Part shown: positions 9,679 to 17,444 of the stretch, in pieces
Layout: each line of letters starts with the position of its first letter
How positions within the stretch are numbered: position 1 is the stretch's first letter
Origin: a virus
Taxonomy: Duplodnaviria > Caudoviricetes
Length of the DNA stretch: 26,086 nucleotides
Strand: one strand, 5' to 3'
IMG/VR virus record: IMGVR_UViG_3300021476_000025
Span: 1-26,086 of that record
The notes under the pieces: model-generated
What the model was told of the DNA's origin: nothing
Database searches by the model: none
The model's input: only the letters and a program-made list of their open reading frames with translations
Program-made: the position numbers and the translations under genes

Positions 9679-10431
9679 ATGCCATTTGATCCTAAAAAAT
9701 TAGCCGAAGCTAGAAAAAAACTTAAATCACATGATATAATAGATAGAAATGAACCTGGGTTGGAAGAAGCCCCATTACTATTTGAAGCTCCTAAAGCATT
9801 AGAGGCTTTTGGGGAGCAGGCGGCTACGACAATGGCCGGTAAAGGCATTAATCCTTATGCTAGTGCGGCTACTGGTATCGCTATACAAATGACTCCGGAT
9901 ATAATTGCTGCTATAGCTGGGCTTAAAGCTTCTCCTACTAAAGAGATTAAATCTGCCTCAGATATTCTTTTTGCTCCCACTGAACAAGCAGGTAAAACTG
10001 CTCTAGGAATGGCTGAAAAAAGAGTGGGAGTGGATGTATTACCTTTTATGGCTGATGAATTACCCACTACTACTAAAGACGCTATTGACATTAGTCATGC
10101 CTCAGATTATATTGCAAAACAAAATCCAGAAGATTTAGCTAAAGTTTGGGGATCGGAAGGAATTAATAGACAACGTAAAGTTTATCAATATATTTTAGAT
10201 AATTATAAAAAAGAATTGCCTGGGTCTAATTTATCATCCATCTCTAAAGCTAAAGATACTCTTACTAAAGCCATTGATCTAGCAGAACCGAGTCTGAAAG
10301 GCCCAAGGGAAAATTTAGCCAATACTTATAGAAGGCAGGAGATACTAGCACAACTAGCTAAATATACTGGATTAGGTGCTTTAGCTGCGGGGGGAAGGGC
10401 TATAGCTAGAAAATTTCTCACTACTCCTTAA
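9679..10431 (+). CDS. Putative DNA ejection / internal virion protein
   Basis: Ala-rich and Cys-free, with hydrophobic segments (ASAATGIAIQMTPDIIAAIAGL; TGLGALAAGG). Confidence 0.45.
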   Translation: MPFDPKKLAEARKKLKSHDIIDRNEPGLEEAPLLFEAPKALEAFGEQAATTMAGKGINPYASAATGIAIQMTPDIIAAIAGLKASPTKEIKSASDILFAPTEQAGKTALGMAEKRVGVDVLPFMADELPTTTKDAIDISHASDYIAKQNPEDLAKVWGSEGINRQRKVYQYILDNYKKELPGSNLSSISKAKDTLTKAIDLAEPSLKGPRENLANTYRRQEILAQLAKYTGLGALAAGGRAIARKFLTTP

Positions 10432-10441
10432 GGAATAGATC

Positions 10442-10660
10442 ATGGAAAATTTAACTAAATTATTAATACAAAAAATCGAATCATTAGATAAAAAATTAGA
10501 TGATGTTCGCACATTTGATATCCCTGAATTAAAAATAGAAATTACTAAAATTAAGGATCAAACTTCTATTTCAGCAAAAATTTATTCCGGTATATTTTCC
10601 GGTATCGGAGCAATTCTAGCAATAACTACAGCCATTATAGCCGCTAGATGGTCTCATTAA
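10442..10660 (+). CDS. Small membrane protein (coiled coil plus C-terminal TM helix; holin-like)
   Basis: N-terminal coiled coil, TM segment IFSGIGAILAITTAIIAA, AAGGA RBS. Confidence 0.55.
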   Translation: MENLTKLLIQKIESLDKKLDDVRTFDIPELKIEITKIKDQTSISAKIYSGIFSGIGAILAITTAIIAARWSH

Positions 10661-10681
10661 TTATGATTAATGGTTATTTAA

Positions 10682-10885
10682 ATGTCTCTTTCCTATTACA
10701 GAGAAAATCTTTATTGCCCTGTATGTAAAGTTTATTTAGGTGCTAGATATGTGGATCAAATGATATGGGTTCATTGTGTAGAATGTAAGGCAACATTTAA
10801 ATTTAATCCTTATGATGATACTCCAACTGCTACTATTGATAAGCCCCCTAAGAGGGGGTGTAATTGTGGACGTTGTGGAAGATAA
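10682..10885 (+). CDS. Cys-rich zinc-ribbon protein
   Basis: CPVC and CVEC knuckles plus a C-terminal GCNCGRCGR. Confidence 0.65.
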   Translation: MSLSYYRENLYCPVCKVYLGARYVDQMIWVHCVECKATFKFNPYDDTPTATIDKPPKRGCNCGRCGR

Positions 10886-10895
10886 CTAACAATAA

Positions 10896-12266
10896 ATGAA
10901 AATTTTACTTATTTCTTCATACGGTGAACATACTGCTATTGGTTATCGTTTAATTCAAGACGGACATCAAGTAAAGCTCTATATTAAAGACCCTAATGCA
11001 GAAGATGTAGGAAAAGGACTTATAGAGCGAATAAATGAATGGCCTAGTGAAATAGACTGGGCTGATTTAATTGTATTTGATGATACTCATAATTCTAAAG
11101 AGGCTGAATGGTTACGATCTTTGGGAAAGCCTGTGATAGGAGGAACGGAATATACGGATAGGCTAGAAAATGACCGAGGTTTTGGACAAGAAGAATTTAA
11201 AAAATCTTATTTTGATATAATTCCCTCTTATACATTTAAAACTTTTGATGAAGCCAAACAATTTATTAATAAACACCCTACTAAATATGTTATTAAACTA
11301 AATGGTAAGGCATCTGACGATAAGTCTACCACATATGTAGGAAAAGAAGAAGATGCCAGTGATCTATTAGCTGTATTAAATCATTTTGAAGAAAAATTAA
11401 CAAGTACATCTATTAAAACTTTTGAATTACAAGAAGTTATAGATGGAGTAGAGATAGGAATAGGCGGAGCTTTTAATGGGACTGATTTTATAGAACCAAT
11501 AGAAATTAATTTTGAACATAAAAAATTCGCTACAGGAAATTTAGGGCAAAATACCGGGGAAATGGGTACAAGTATGTTTTTTGTTACTAAAGATCATCCC
11601 CTCTATAAAATAACAATAGCTAAAATGATCCCTAAATTACAGGGATACCATGGAATGTTTGATATTAATTTTATTTTTACTAAAGACTTTATTTATCCTC
11701 TTGAGCCTACCTGTAGATTTGGATTTCCCGCTGTTACGTTACAAATGTCTGTTATAAATGATGATTATGGACAAAGATTAATGGATATAGCCTCAGGAAA
11801 AAATTCAAACTCTAAATGCTTATATAAGTTTGTAGTAGGAATTAATGGGTGCGTCCCTCCATTCCCATTTGATACTAAAGAAGTCTTTGAAAATATGAGC
11901 AAAGATAATTTAGTAATTATTAAAGATATATCACAAATAGCTGGACACTATCATCCTGATGGAATACACCCCATTGATGTTTATGAAAAAGATAATAATT
12001 GGTATATTACTGGATTGGAAGGAATACCCATCGTAGCGACGGGAGTAGGAGATACAATGATAGAAGCTAAAAACTTGGCTTATACACGATTAGCGAATGT
12101 TATTACACCTAATTTATTTTATCGAACAGATATTAGTGATAGATGGGAAATAGATGAGCCTAGATTAGTGGAGTGGGGCTATCTTCCTGATTTATTTGGT
12201 GAATTCCGTCTTTCTTCTGAATTTGAGCCCTTACCTCAAACAATTCAAATTTCTTCTTTACAGTAA
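10896..12266 (+). CDS. PurD (phosphoribosylamine-glycine ligase)-like ATP-grasp ligase, divergent
   Basis: Collinear PurD-type motifs: YVIKLNG, LQEVIDGVE, EHKKF..G..GQNTGEMG, YHGMFD, LEPTCRFG.P, A.G.G....A...AY and YRTDI. Canonical GxGGRE, EFNxRFGDPE and GGRVL are altered. Confidence 0.8.
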   Translation: MKILLISSYGEHTAIGYRLIQDGHQVKLYIKDPNAEDVGKGLIERINEWPSEIDWADLIVFDDTHNSKEAEWLRSLGKPVIGGTEYTDRLENDRGFGQEEFKKSYFDIIPSYTFKTFDEAKQFINKHPTKYVIKLNGKASDDKSTTYVGKEEDASDLLAVLNHFEEKLTSTSIKTFELQEVIDGVEIGIGGAFNGTDFIEPIEINFEHKKFATGNLGQNTGEMGTSMFFVTKDHPLYKITIAKMIPKLQGYHGMFDINFIFTKDFIYPLEPTCRFGFPAVTLQMSVINDDYGQRLMDIASGKNSNSKCLYKFVVGINGCVPPFPFDTKEVFENMSKDNLVIIKDISQIAGHYHPDGIHPIDVYEKDNNWYITGLEGIPIVATGVGDTMIEAKNLAYTRLANVITPNLFYRTDISDRWEIDEPRLVEWGYLPDLFGEFRLSSEFEPLPQTIQISSLQ

Positions 12267-12267
12267 A

Positions 12268-12672
12268 CTAATCCCAATGTAAACCAAAATATAGAGTAGG
12301 AATTACATAATTATTAAGATTTACATCCCACCTAGCTAAACCCACCCTAAAAAATATTACTATTTCACTTCCCGGTACAGATAACTCCAAACTCCTTATT
12401 TGTCCCCTTATTTGATACCAAAAATAAAAACACAACGGCCACGTTATTAAGAAGCCATAAGGGGAATGATATTGAATATCGGATGGCCCTACCTTTTGTC
12501 CTCCTAATTTTACATTAGTTTTATAAAATAAAAATTTCTTAGCCCAGCTAGGATTATATAACTCTGTAGATAAACTTTCCCATCGTCGTATATCATACCC
12601 TAGCATAAGCCAAGGAAAAACTAACTCAAGTCCCAGCCACTTTTTAATTTTTTTGCTCAATAGATTCCACAT
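12268..12672 (-). CDS. Hypothetical aromatic-rich protein
   Basis: 134-aa Trp/Tyr/Phe-rich ORF, last gene of the - strand block; true start uncertain. Confidence 0.55.
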   Translation of the reverse strand: MWNLLSKKIKKWLGLELVFPWLMLGYDIRRWESLSTELYNPSWAKKFLFYKTNVKLGGQKVGPSDIQYHSPYGFLITWPLCFYFWYQIRGQIRSLELSVPGSEIVIFFRVGLARWDVNLNNYVIPTLYFGLHWD

Positions 12673-12847
12673 TTTCCTCTGTTACAACCTCCCCTGTAGG
12701 TAACTGTGTTGTTTTTTTAGTGGTTTTAGTTTTACGCTGTGCTCTTTTTAAATCTTTTGCTTCATCATAGCGATATTCAATAATAAGCATATATAATATA
12801 GCTATCTCAGCAATTAAATTAAATGTGTTAATTACTTCTTCGTACAT
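12644..12847 (-). CDS. Small membrane protein
   Basis: N-terminal hydrophobic helix (FNLIAEIAILYMLII) followed by a Lys/Thr-rich tail. Confidence 0.6.
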   Translation of the reverse strand: MYEEVINTFNLIAEIAILYMLIIEYRYDEAKDLKRAQRKTKTTKKTTQLPTGEVVTEENVESIEQKN

Positions 12848-12850
12848 AAT

Positions 12851-12961
12851 TTATTTCATAAGACTTTCGACCATAACATAAAAGAAACAGCTTGCAAATA
12901 CAGCTATTATAAACAATATAATTGATCCACCAAATATAAAAAGCCAATCTTTCCAGTCCAT
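12851..12961 (-). CDS. 36-aa single-TM micro-protein (not in ORF track)
   Basis: Manual translation MDWKDWLFIFGGSIILFIIAVFASCFFYVMVESLMK*. AAGGAG upstream; fills the gap between neighbours. Confidence 0.6.
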   Translation of the reverse strand: MDWKDWLFIFGGSIILFIIAVFASCFFYVMVESLMK

Positions 12962-12977
12962 TTTTATTTATTTCTCC

Positions 12978-13142
12978 TTAATCTCCCCTATCATAATCAT
13001 CATCATTAATCATATTATTATAATTTTCACTCTCGTGATCCGGCCAGCATTCATCACAAATCTCATACCCACAAAGTTTACAATAACCTACTAGACTATT
13101 ATTCGAACATATATCACAAATGCCATAATTTTTAATTGACAT
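12978..13142 (-). CDS. 54-aa B-box-like zinc-finger micro-protein (not in ORF track)
   Basis: Manual translation MSIKNYGICDICSNNSLVGYCKLCGYEICDECWPDHESENYNNMINDDDYDRGD*. Confidence 0.65.
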   Translation of the reverse strand: MSIKNYGICDICSNNSLVGYCKLCGYEICDECWPDHESENYNNMINDDDYDRGD

Positions 13143-13524
13143 GGTTACTTACCTGAATTTGTATATTTTCTTGACCTGTTAATTCACTCATTAAATCACT
13201 AAATGCCTCTCTACTCCTTCCTATAAAATCTTGAGAATGAATATTTCCCACCCCGATACATCCTTTTACGTCAGTGGGGTAATTAGCAGGATGAATTTCT
13301 ATAAAAGTTCTGCCTGGAACATTATTAATATGAGGCACAATCTCTTTAAAATGATTAGACATTTCTAAAGTTACAGAATAAATTCCTTCTGGAATAGCGA
13401 AAGGAGGAGCAGAAGGAGGACTTAATGGGCGTTCTAATGTATAACAAAAGAATTTTCCGTCTATATAAAGTTCCCCACAGGTTGATAAATTAGTAAACCA
13501 CTGCCTAACTACTGTAAGTTTCAT
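13132..13524 (-). CDS. DUF5675 family protein (putative cell-wall-acting / lysis-associated)
   Basis: MKLTVVR...TCGELYIDGKFFCYTLE, AIPEGIY, VPGRTFIEIHPANYPTDVKGCIGVG and SREAF match the DUF5675 pattern. Confidence 0.8.
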   Translation of the reverse strand: MKLTVVRQWFTNLSTCGELYIDGKFFCYTLERPLSPPSAPPFAIPEGIYSVTLEMSNHFKEIVPHINNVPGRTFIEIHPANYPTDVKGCIGVGNIHSQDFIGRSREAFSDLMSELTGQENIQIQVSNHVN

Positions 13525-13697
13525 TAAAGTACCCCAGCGGCATCTTGTATAGCTCTTTCTAAAGCCGCCACCCGATAATTTAATCTATCTATTACCGTTT
13601 CTAATTTTTTTCGTTCATTCTCCCCATCATCTCTACCGTCTCTAAATCCCTTAGTATATCCTTTATCAAATGCGGCGTTCTTTATATCTACTTCCAT
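13524..13697 (-). CDS. 57-aa hypothetical protein (not in ORF track)
   Basis: Manual translation MEVDIKNAAFDKGYTKGFRDGRDDGENERKKLETVIDRLNYRVAALERAIQDAAGVL*. AGGAGG RBS; TAATG coupling to DUF5675. Confidence 0.7.
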   Translation of the reverse strand: MEVDIKNAAFDKGYTKGFRDGRDDGENERKKLETVIDRLNYRVAALERAIQDAAGVL

Positions 13698-13711
13698 ATT
13701 ATTTCCTCCTT

Positions 13712-14410
13712 TTATAGCCCTTTAAATAAATCTAAAAACTCAACAATTTGTGAGACTGACACTGCCTCACTAATTCCCACATAAGCTCCTATTGGAGTAT
13801 ATAAGAGATTATTAATTCCTACAAGCTCTCCTTGAAGATTTAATAGTGGCCCCCCGCTATTTCCGGGATTAATCACCGTATTAGTTTGAATACTATCAAA
13901 ATATATATGATTTCTATGCAAGGCACTTATTGTTCCATTGGTACTAGACCAAGGAAACACCATAGGATGACCAATGGCAATTACTTCTTCTCCTTCATAT
14001 AAAGAAAGAGGGTTTGCTAACGTGACATAAGGATAATTATAAGACTTTTTGTTTATATAATGAGGATATTCTACTTTAAGTAAAGCTAAGTCTTTTTTAG
14101 AATCCACTCTAATAATTCTCGCTTGCATCATTTCACCATTAAATAAAGTTACCCTAACCCCTTTTTGCGCCCCAAATTGGAATAAATGGGCTGCAGTGAG
14201 GATATGACCTCTTGAGGTAATAAACACCCCACTTCCTTCATCATGAAAAGTACGACTTGACGTTGCTACGGTAAAACCTACCATTACTTCTACAACTTTA
14301 GGCTTAGATTGATAGATGATCCTTGCATATTTAGTAGATTCTCTATATTGTTGATAAAAAAATATGGCCAATAATAGACAAGTTATTCTAATAAATCCCC
14401 ATAATTTCAT
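13712..14410 (-). CDS. Trypsin-like (S1C/HtrA-type) serine protease with N-terminal membrane anchor, no PDZ
   Basis: GSGVFI, ILTAAH (His), KDLALLK (Asp), INPGNSGGPL (Ser) and GELVGIN; hydrophobic N-terminus. Confidence 0.9.
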   Translation of the reverse strand: MKLWGFIRITCLLLAIFFYQQYRESTKYARIIYQSKPKVVEVMVGFTVATSSRTFHDEGSGVFITSRGHILTAAHLFQFGAQKGVRVTLFNGEMMQARIIRVDSKKDLALLKVEYPHYINKKSYNYPYVTLANPLSLYEGEEVIAIGHPMVFPWSSTNGTISALHRNHIYFDSIQTNTVINPGNSGGPLLNLQGELVGINNLLYTPIGAYVGISEAVSVSQIVEFLDLFKGL

Positions 14411-15114
14411 TTAAGTTCTCCTCCTTTCCACCAATGGCCACAGTTAGCACATTTCATTCGAATGTATAATTTTTTAACATTCCTTCTTACTCCGCTCTTT
14501 GTTCCTGTTTCTGTTCCACAAATGGGACAAATTCTGCTACCAGGTTTTAAGGATGACGAAAACATATTAGGATGATGCGGCCATACAGCTTTAATTTTAT
14601 TATAAACCCACTCTAATACTTCTACATCTTTACGACAATGGTCTACAACATAATCAATAGCTTTTGTATCTCCTGACATGGCATCAATCCATTTTTCTCC
14701 ATTTATTTTTGTCTTTTTTATAGGGCAATTAAGCGTTTCAAGTATTGTTTCCAGTCTATTATTATGAAATTTAAGTTTCTTTTTGGCTATTCTCCATGTA
14801 TCAACACTACTAATATCCCCTAATGGAGGAAGTCCTTTAATTAACCGGCGAGTTTGAATAAAAGGTAAGTCATAAAAATCTCCGAAATGATACACTACTA
14901 CTTCTGCTTTATTAAAAATTTCTTCAAACTGTTTTAATAATCCTGTATCGTTTGTTTTCTTTTTATGAAATTCCGGTGTTTTATCAATACGTAAAACTGA
15001 TGCGGATTTATCACCCGCCCATTTATAACCAATAGTTAAAATATATCCTATGCTAGCTGAAAGATTGGTAGCCTCAATATCAAAAAAAAGTATTTTTTTA
15101 TTATTGGTATTCAT
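14407..15114 (-). CDS. RNase H-like (DEDD, RNase_H_2/YprB-type) 3'-5' exonuclease with C-terminal zinc ribbon
   Basis: LFFDIEAT, YHFGDFYDLPFI, VDTW, HCRKDV, and CPIC...CANC. Start moved to MNTNN (15114) because GGGAGG precedes it. Confidence 0.8.
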   Translation of the reverse strand: MNTNNKKILFFDIEATNLSASIGYILTIGYKWAGDKSASVLRIDKTPEFHKKKTNDTGLLKQFEEIFNKAEVVVYHFGDFYDLPFIQTRRLIKGLPPLGDISSVDTWRIAKKKLKFHNNRLETILETLNCPIKKTKINGEKWIDAMSGDTKAIDYVVDHCRKDVEVLEWVYNKIKAVWPHHPNMFSSSLKPGSRICPICGTETGTKSGVRRNVKKLYIRMKCANCGHWWKGGELK

Positions 15115-15201
15115 GGCTGTGAGTCCTCCCATTCTTGAAAAATTTCTCCGCACTCCACACATTCCCACCTCATAAAGCCGCTTCCAATATATAAAGAAAG
15201 T

Positions 15202-15516
15202 CTATGCCCGTGACCTATTTTCTTTTGTAGTTTTCTTTTGATGGCATCGTTTGCACAATACGCGCAATTTTTCGGGTCTAACAAACAAACGAAAAATATA
15301 CGTATTCCAATCAATAAACCCTTCCCCCACTGAAATAACAGGCTCCACATGATCTACTACCACCTTAGAATAATTTTTAAAACACTTTGTACAGACATAA
15401 TAATTATCTGTGCGTGCTAGTTTAAGAGCTTCCTTTCTCTCTGGGCTAAACCACCATATCCGGCGTAGAGCTTGAATTATCTTCCTTTTGAGGTTGTAGA
15501 CTTTCTTTATTTTCAT
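15202..15516 (-). CDS. HNH endonuclease
   Basis: CTKC...VVVDHVEPV...LRVLCKRCHQKKT. Confidence 0.8.
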   Translation of the reverse strand: MKIKKVYNLKRKIIQALRRIWWFSPERKEALKLARTDNYYVCTKCFKNYSKVVVDHVEPVISVGEGFIDWNTYIFRLFVRPEKLRVLCKRCHQKKTTKENRSRA

Positions 15517-15733
15517 TTGAATTAACTACCTCTAATGGGGTGCGTAGCTTAGGAGGTGAAAATAAAATCTCCACTATTTGATGCGTTTGAAGTTTAATCT
15601 CTGCCTCACTAAGGAAAGCAGGGCCAATAAAAACCCCCTTTCTTCCATCAGCCAATCTAATAAATATATATTGAACAAAATCCTTTAAAGGATTCCTATT
15701 TTCGTTTAGCTTCGGCCCAATTATTTCCGTCAT
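15446..15733 (-). CDS. Hypothetical protein
   Basis: 95-aa ORF with a GGAGGT RBS inside the polA 3' end. Confidence 0.55.
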   Translation of the reverse strand: MTEIIGPKLNENRNPLKDFVQYIFIRLADGRKGVFIGPAFLSEAEIKLQTHQIVEILFSPPKLRTPLEVVNSNENKESLQPQKEDNSSSTPDMVV

Positions 15734-17432
15734 TGATAGTTACCTCCAAAGGGACAGATATTTTTATAACATTCTCCATAACTTTTTTAATCTCCTTTTT
15801 TCTAATATCTATACTTATTTTATCTGCTGTATCAGCCTCAAAAATAAGTTCATCATGAACCGTTAAAATGGGAAGATAGCCATATTCATTACATTTAATC
15901 ATAGCTAATTTTAAAATATCTGCCGCACTTCCTTGAATTATATAATTAACAGAGGCCCTTTCCCAATGTAATCTCTCATATTTATCTTTACTTGAAATTA
16001 ATGGAATAGGAATTATTCTTCCATATAGAGTTTGAATTTGTTTAGTTTGAGCAGCTTGCCATTTTACTTTATTAATCCATGAAGTAACTGACGGAAGAAT
16101 TCTCCAATATTTTTTAAGAAATTTTTCAGCTTCTTCTTCTGTAATTTTAGCCGTTTTCGCAATTTTCGGGGATTTAGCACCATAAATAGCAGCAAAATTA
16201 AGAGTTTTTCCAATATCTCTATTAACACCCAAAAGATCACCAGTTTTTTTGTGAATATCATATCCATTATAAAACGCCTCCAAAAGACCTCTCTCTTGAG
16301 AAAAATGGGCTAAAAGTCTATATTCAATTTGACTATAATCCGCTACAATAAGTCTTTTATTTGGTGAGGCAACAAATAAACTTCTAAATTTTTCTCCGTC
16401 AAATCCGGAAACAGGGATATTTTGTAAATTTGGATTAGAACACGAGAGTCTTCCGGTACTTATTCCTCGCCACTCGTCTTTAGCTGTTCTTATAATTTGA
16501 TTATATGTAGGATATAACTTTTCTTCATTATTAAATGGAATTAAATAAGTAGAATAAAGCTTAAAGTATCGTTTATATTTTAAAAGTTCCTTAATAAATG
16601 GATGATTATCATAAGCCTCTAACACGGATTTAGACGTATTAAGAATAGGCCCTTTAATAATATCATTTTCAATATATATTTTTAATTGTTTTGGAGAGTT
16701 AAGATTAACTATCCCTCTCGTCCATTGTTTTAAAAAGTTTGCTTTTTCATTTAATATTGTTTCATAGTCCAAAATTAAATCGCTTACTTTTTGCTTATCA
16801 AGTCTTACTCCCTTTATTTCCATTTCAAATAATATTCTCATTAATGGAAGTTCTAAATCCTCTAAAATTTTTATGTCATTTTCTCCCATATTCTTTTCAA
16901 AAAATTTATAAAGTCTATAAGTAGCAATAGCATCCGCCCCACAATAAGCAGCTACTTGACCTACTAATTGTTGATCAAGAGTTACTTTTTTATTAGGATG
17001 ATCGAGATAAGGGTGAGTCATTTGTTTATACGTCTCCCACTGTAAATTTAAAAATTCATTTGCTAAATCTTTTAATTTATGAGATTCCTTTGTGGAGTTA
17101 ATTACATAACTCATAAGAGCAGTATCACAATATAAATTATTCGAATTAATTTTAAATCTCCAACTTGTAAGCCATTTAGCATCACCTTTAATATTATGTC
17201 CAATTAATTTTTTATTACTAATTAAATCTCTTAATTTATCATTTATATATGAAAAATAATAACAAGTTACCCCATCAAATATGGCTAATCCTACAAAATT
17301 ATCCTGTTCATCAGTTTCACAATCAATGCTAATTATTTCATCCAAAGTATCATAACTTTCTGGATTAATAATTACTTTATTTCCAAATTTCGTAAAGACT
17401 TCTTTTGGTGCAATTAATAACTCCAATTCCAT
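15696..17432 (-). CDS. polA: Family A DNA polymerase with 3'-5' exonuclease (no 5'-3' exonuclease domain)
   Basis: ExoI IDCET, ExoII GHNIKGD, ExoIII YCGAD; TGRLSCSNPNLQNIP; motif A ADYSQIEYR; motif B KTLNFAAIYG; NYIIQGSAADI; motif C TVHDEL. Confidence 0.95.
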   Translation of the reverse strand: MELELLIAPKEVFTKFGNKVIINPESYDTLDEIISIDCETDEQDNFVGLAIFDGVTCYYFSYINDKLRDLISNKKLIGHNIKGDAKWLTSWRFKINSNNLYCDTALMSYVINSTKESHKLKDLANEFLNLQWETYKQMTHPYLDHPNKKVTLDQQLVGQVAAYCGADAIATYRLYKFFEKNMGENDIKILEDLELPLMRILFEMEIKGVRLDKQKVSDLILDYETILNEKANFLKQWTRGIVNLNSPKQLKIYIENDIIKGPILNTSKSVLEAYDNHPFIKELLKYKRYFKLYSTYLIPFNNEEKLYPTYNQIIRTAKDEWRGISTGRLSCSNPNLQNIPVSGFDGEKFRSLFVASPNKRLIVADYSQIEYRLLAHFSQERGLLEAFYNGYDIHKKTGDLLGVNRDIGKTLNFAAIYGAKSPKIAKTAKITEEEAEKFLKKYWRILPSVTSWINKVKWQAAQTKQIQTLYGRIIPIPLISSKDKYERLHWERASVNYIIQGSAADILKLAMIKCNEYGYLPILTVHDELIFEADTADKISIDIRKKEIKKVMENVIKISVPLEVTINDGNNWAEAKRK

Positions 17433-17444
17433 TCCTCCATATTA

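Noticed and set aside
139-10091. Minus-strand ORFs within the structural block (139..387, 447..629, 1107..1298, 3375..3632, 3532..3780, 4363..4602, 5535..5957, 9657..9848, 9855..10091)
   Set aside because: They are antisense shadows of tightly packed + strand genes and show no recognisable motifs.
10896-12266. Assigning the symbol purD as an auxiliary metabolic gene
   Set aside because: Substrate-binding motifs differ from canonical PurD and no other pur genes are present, so it is called PurD-like only.
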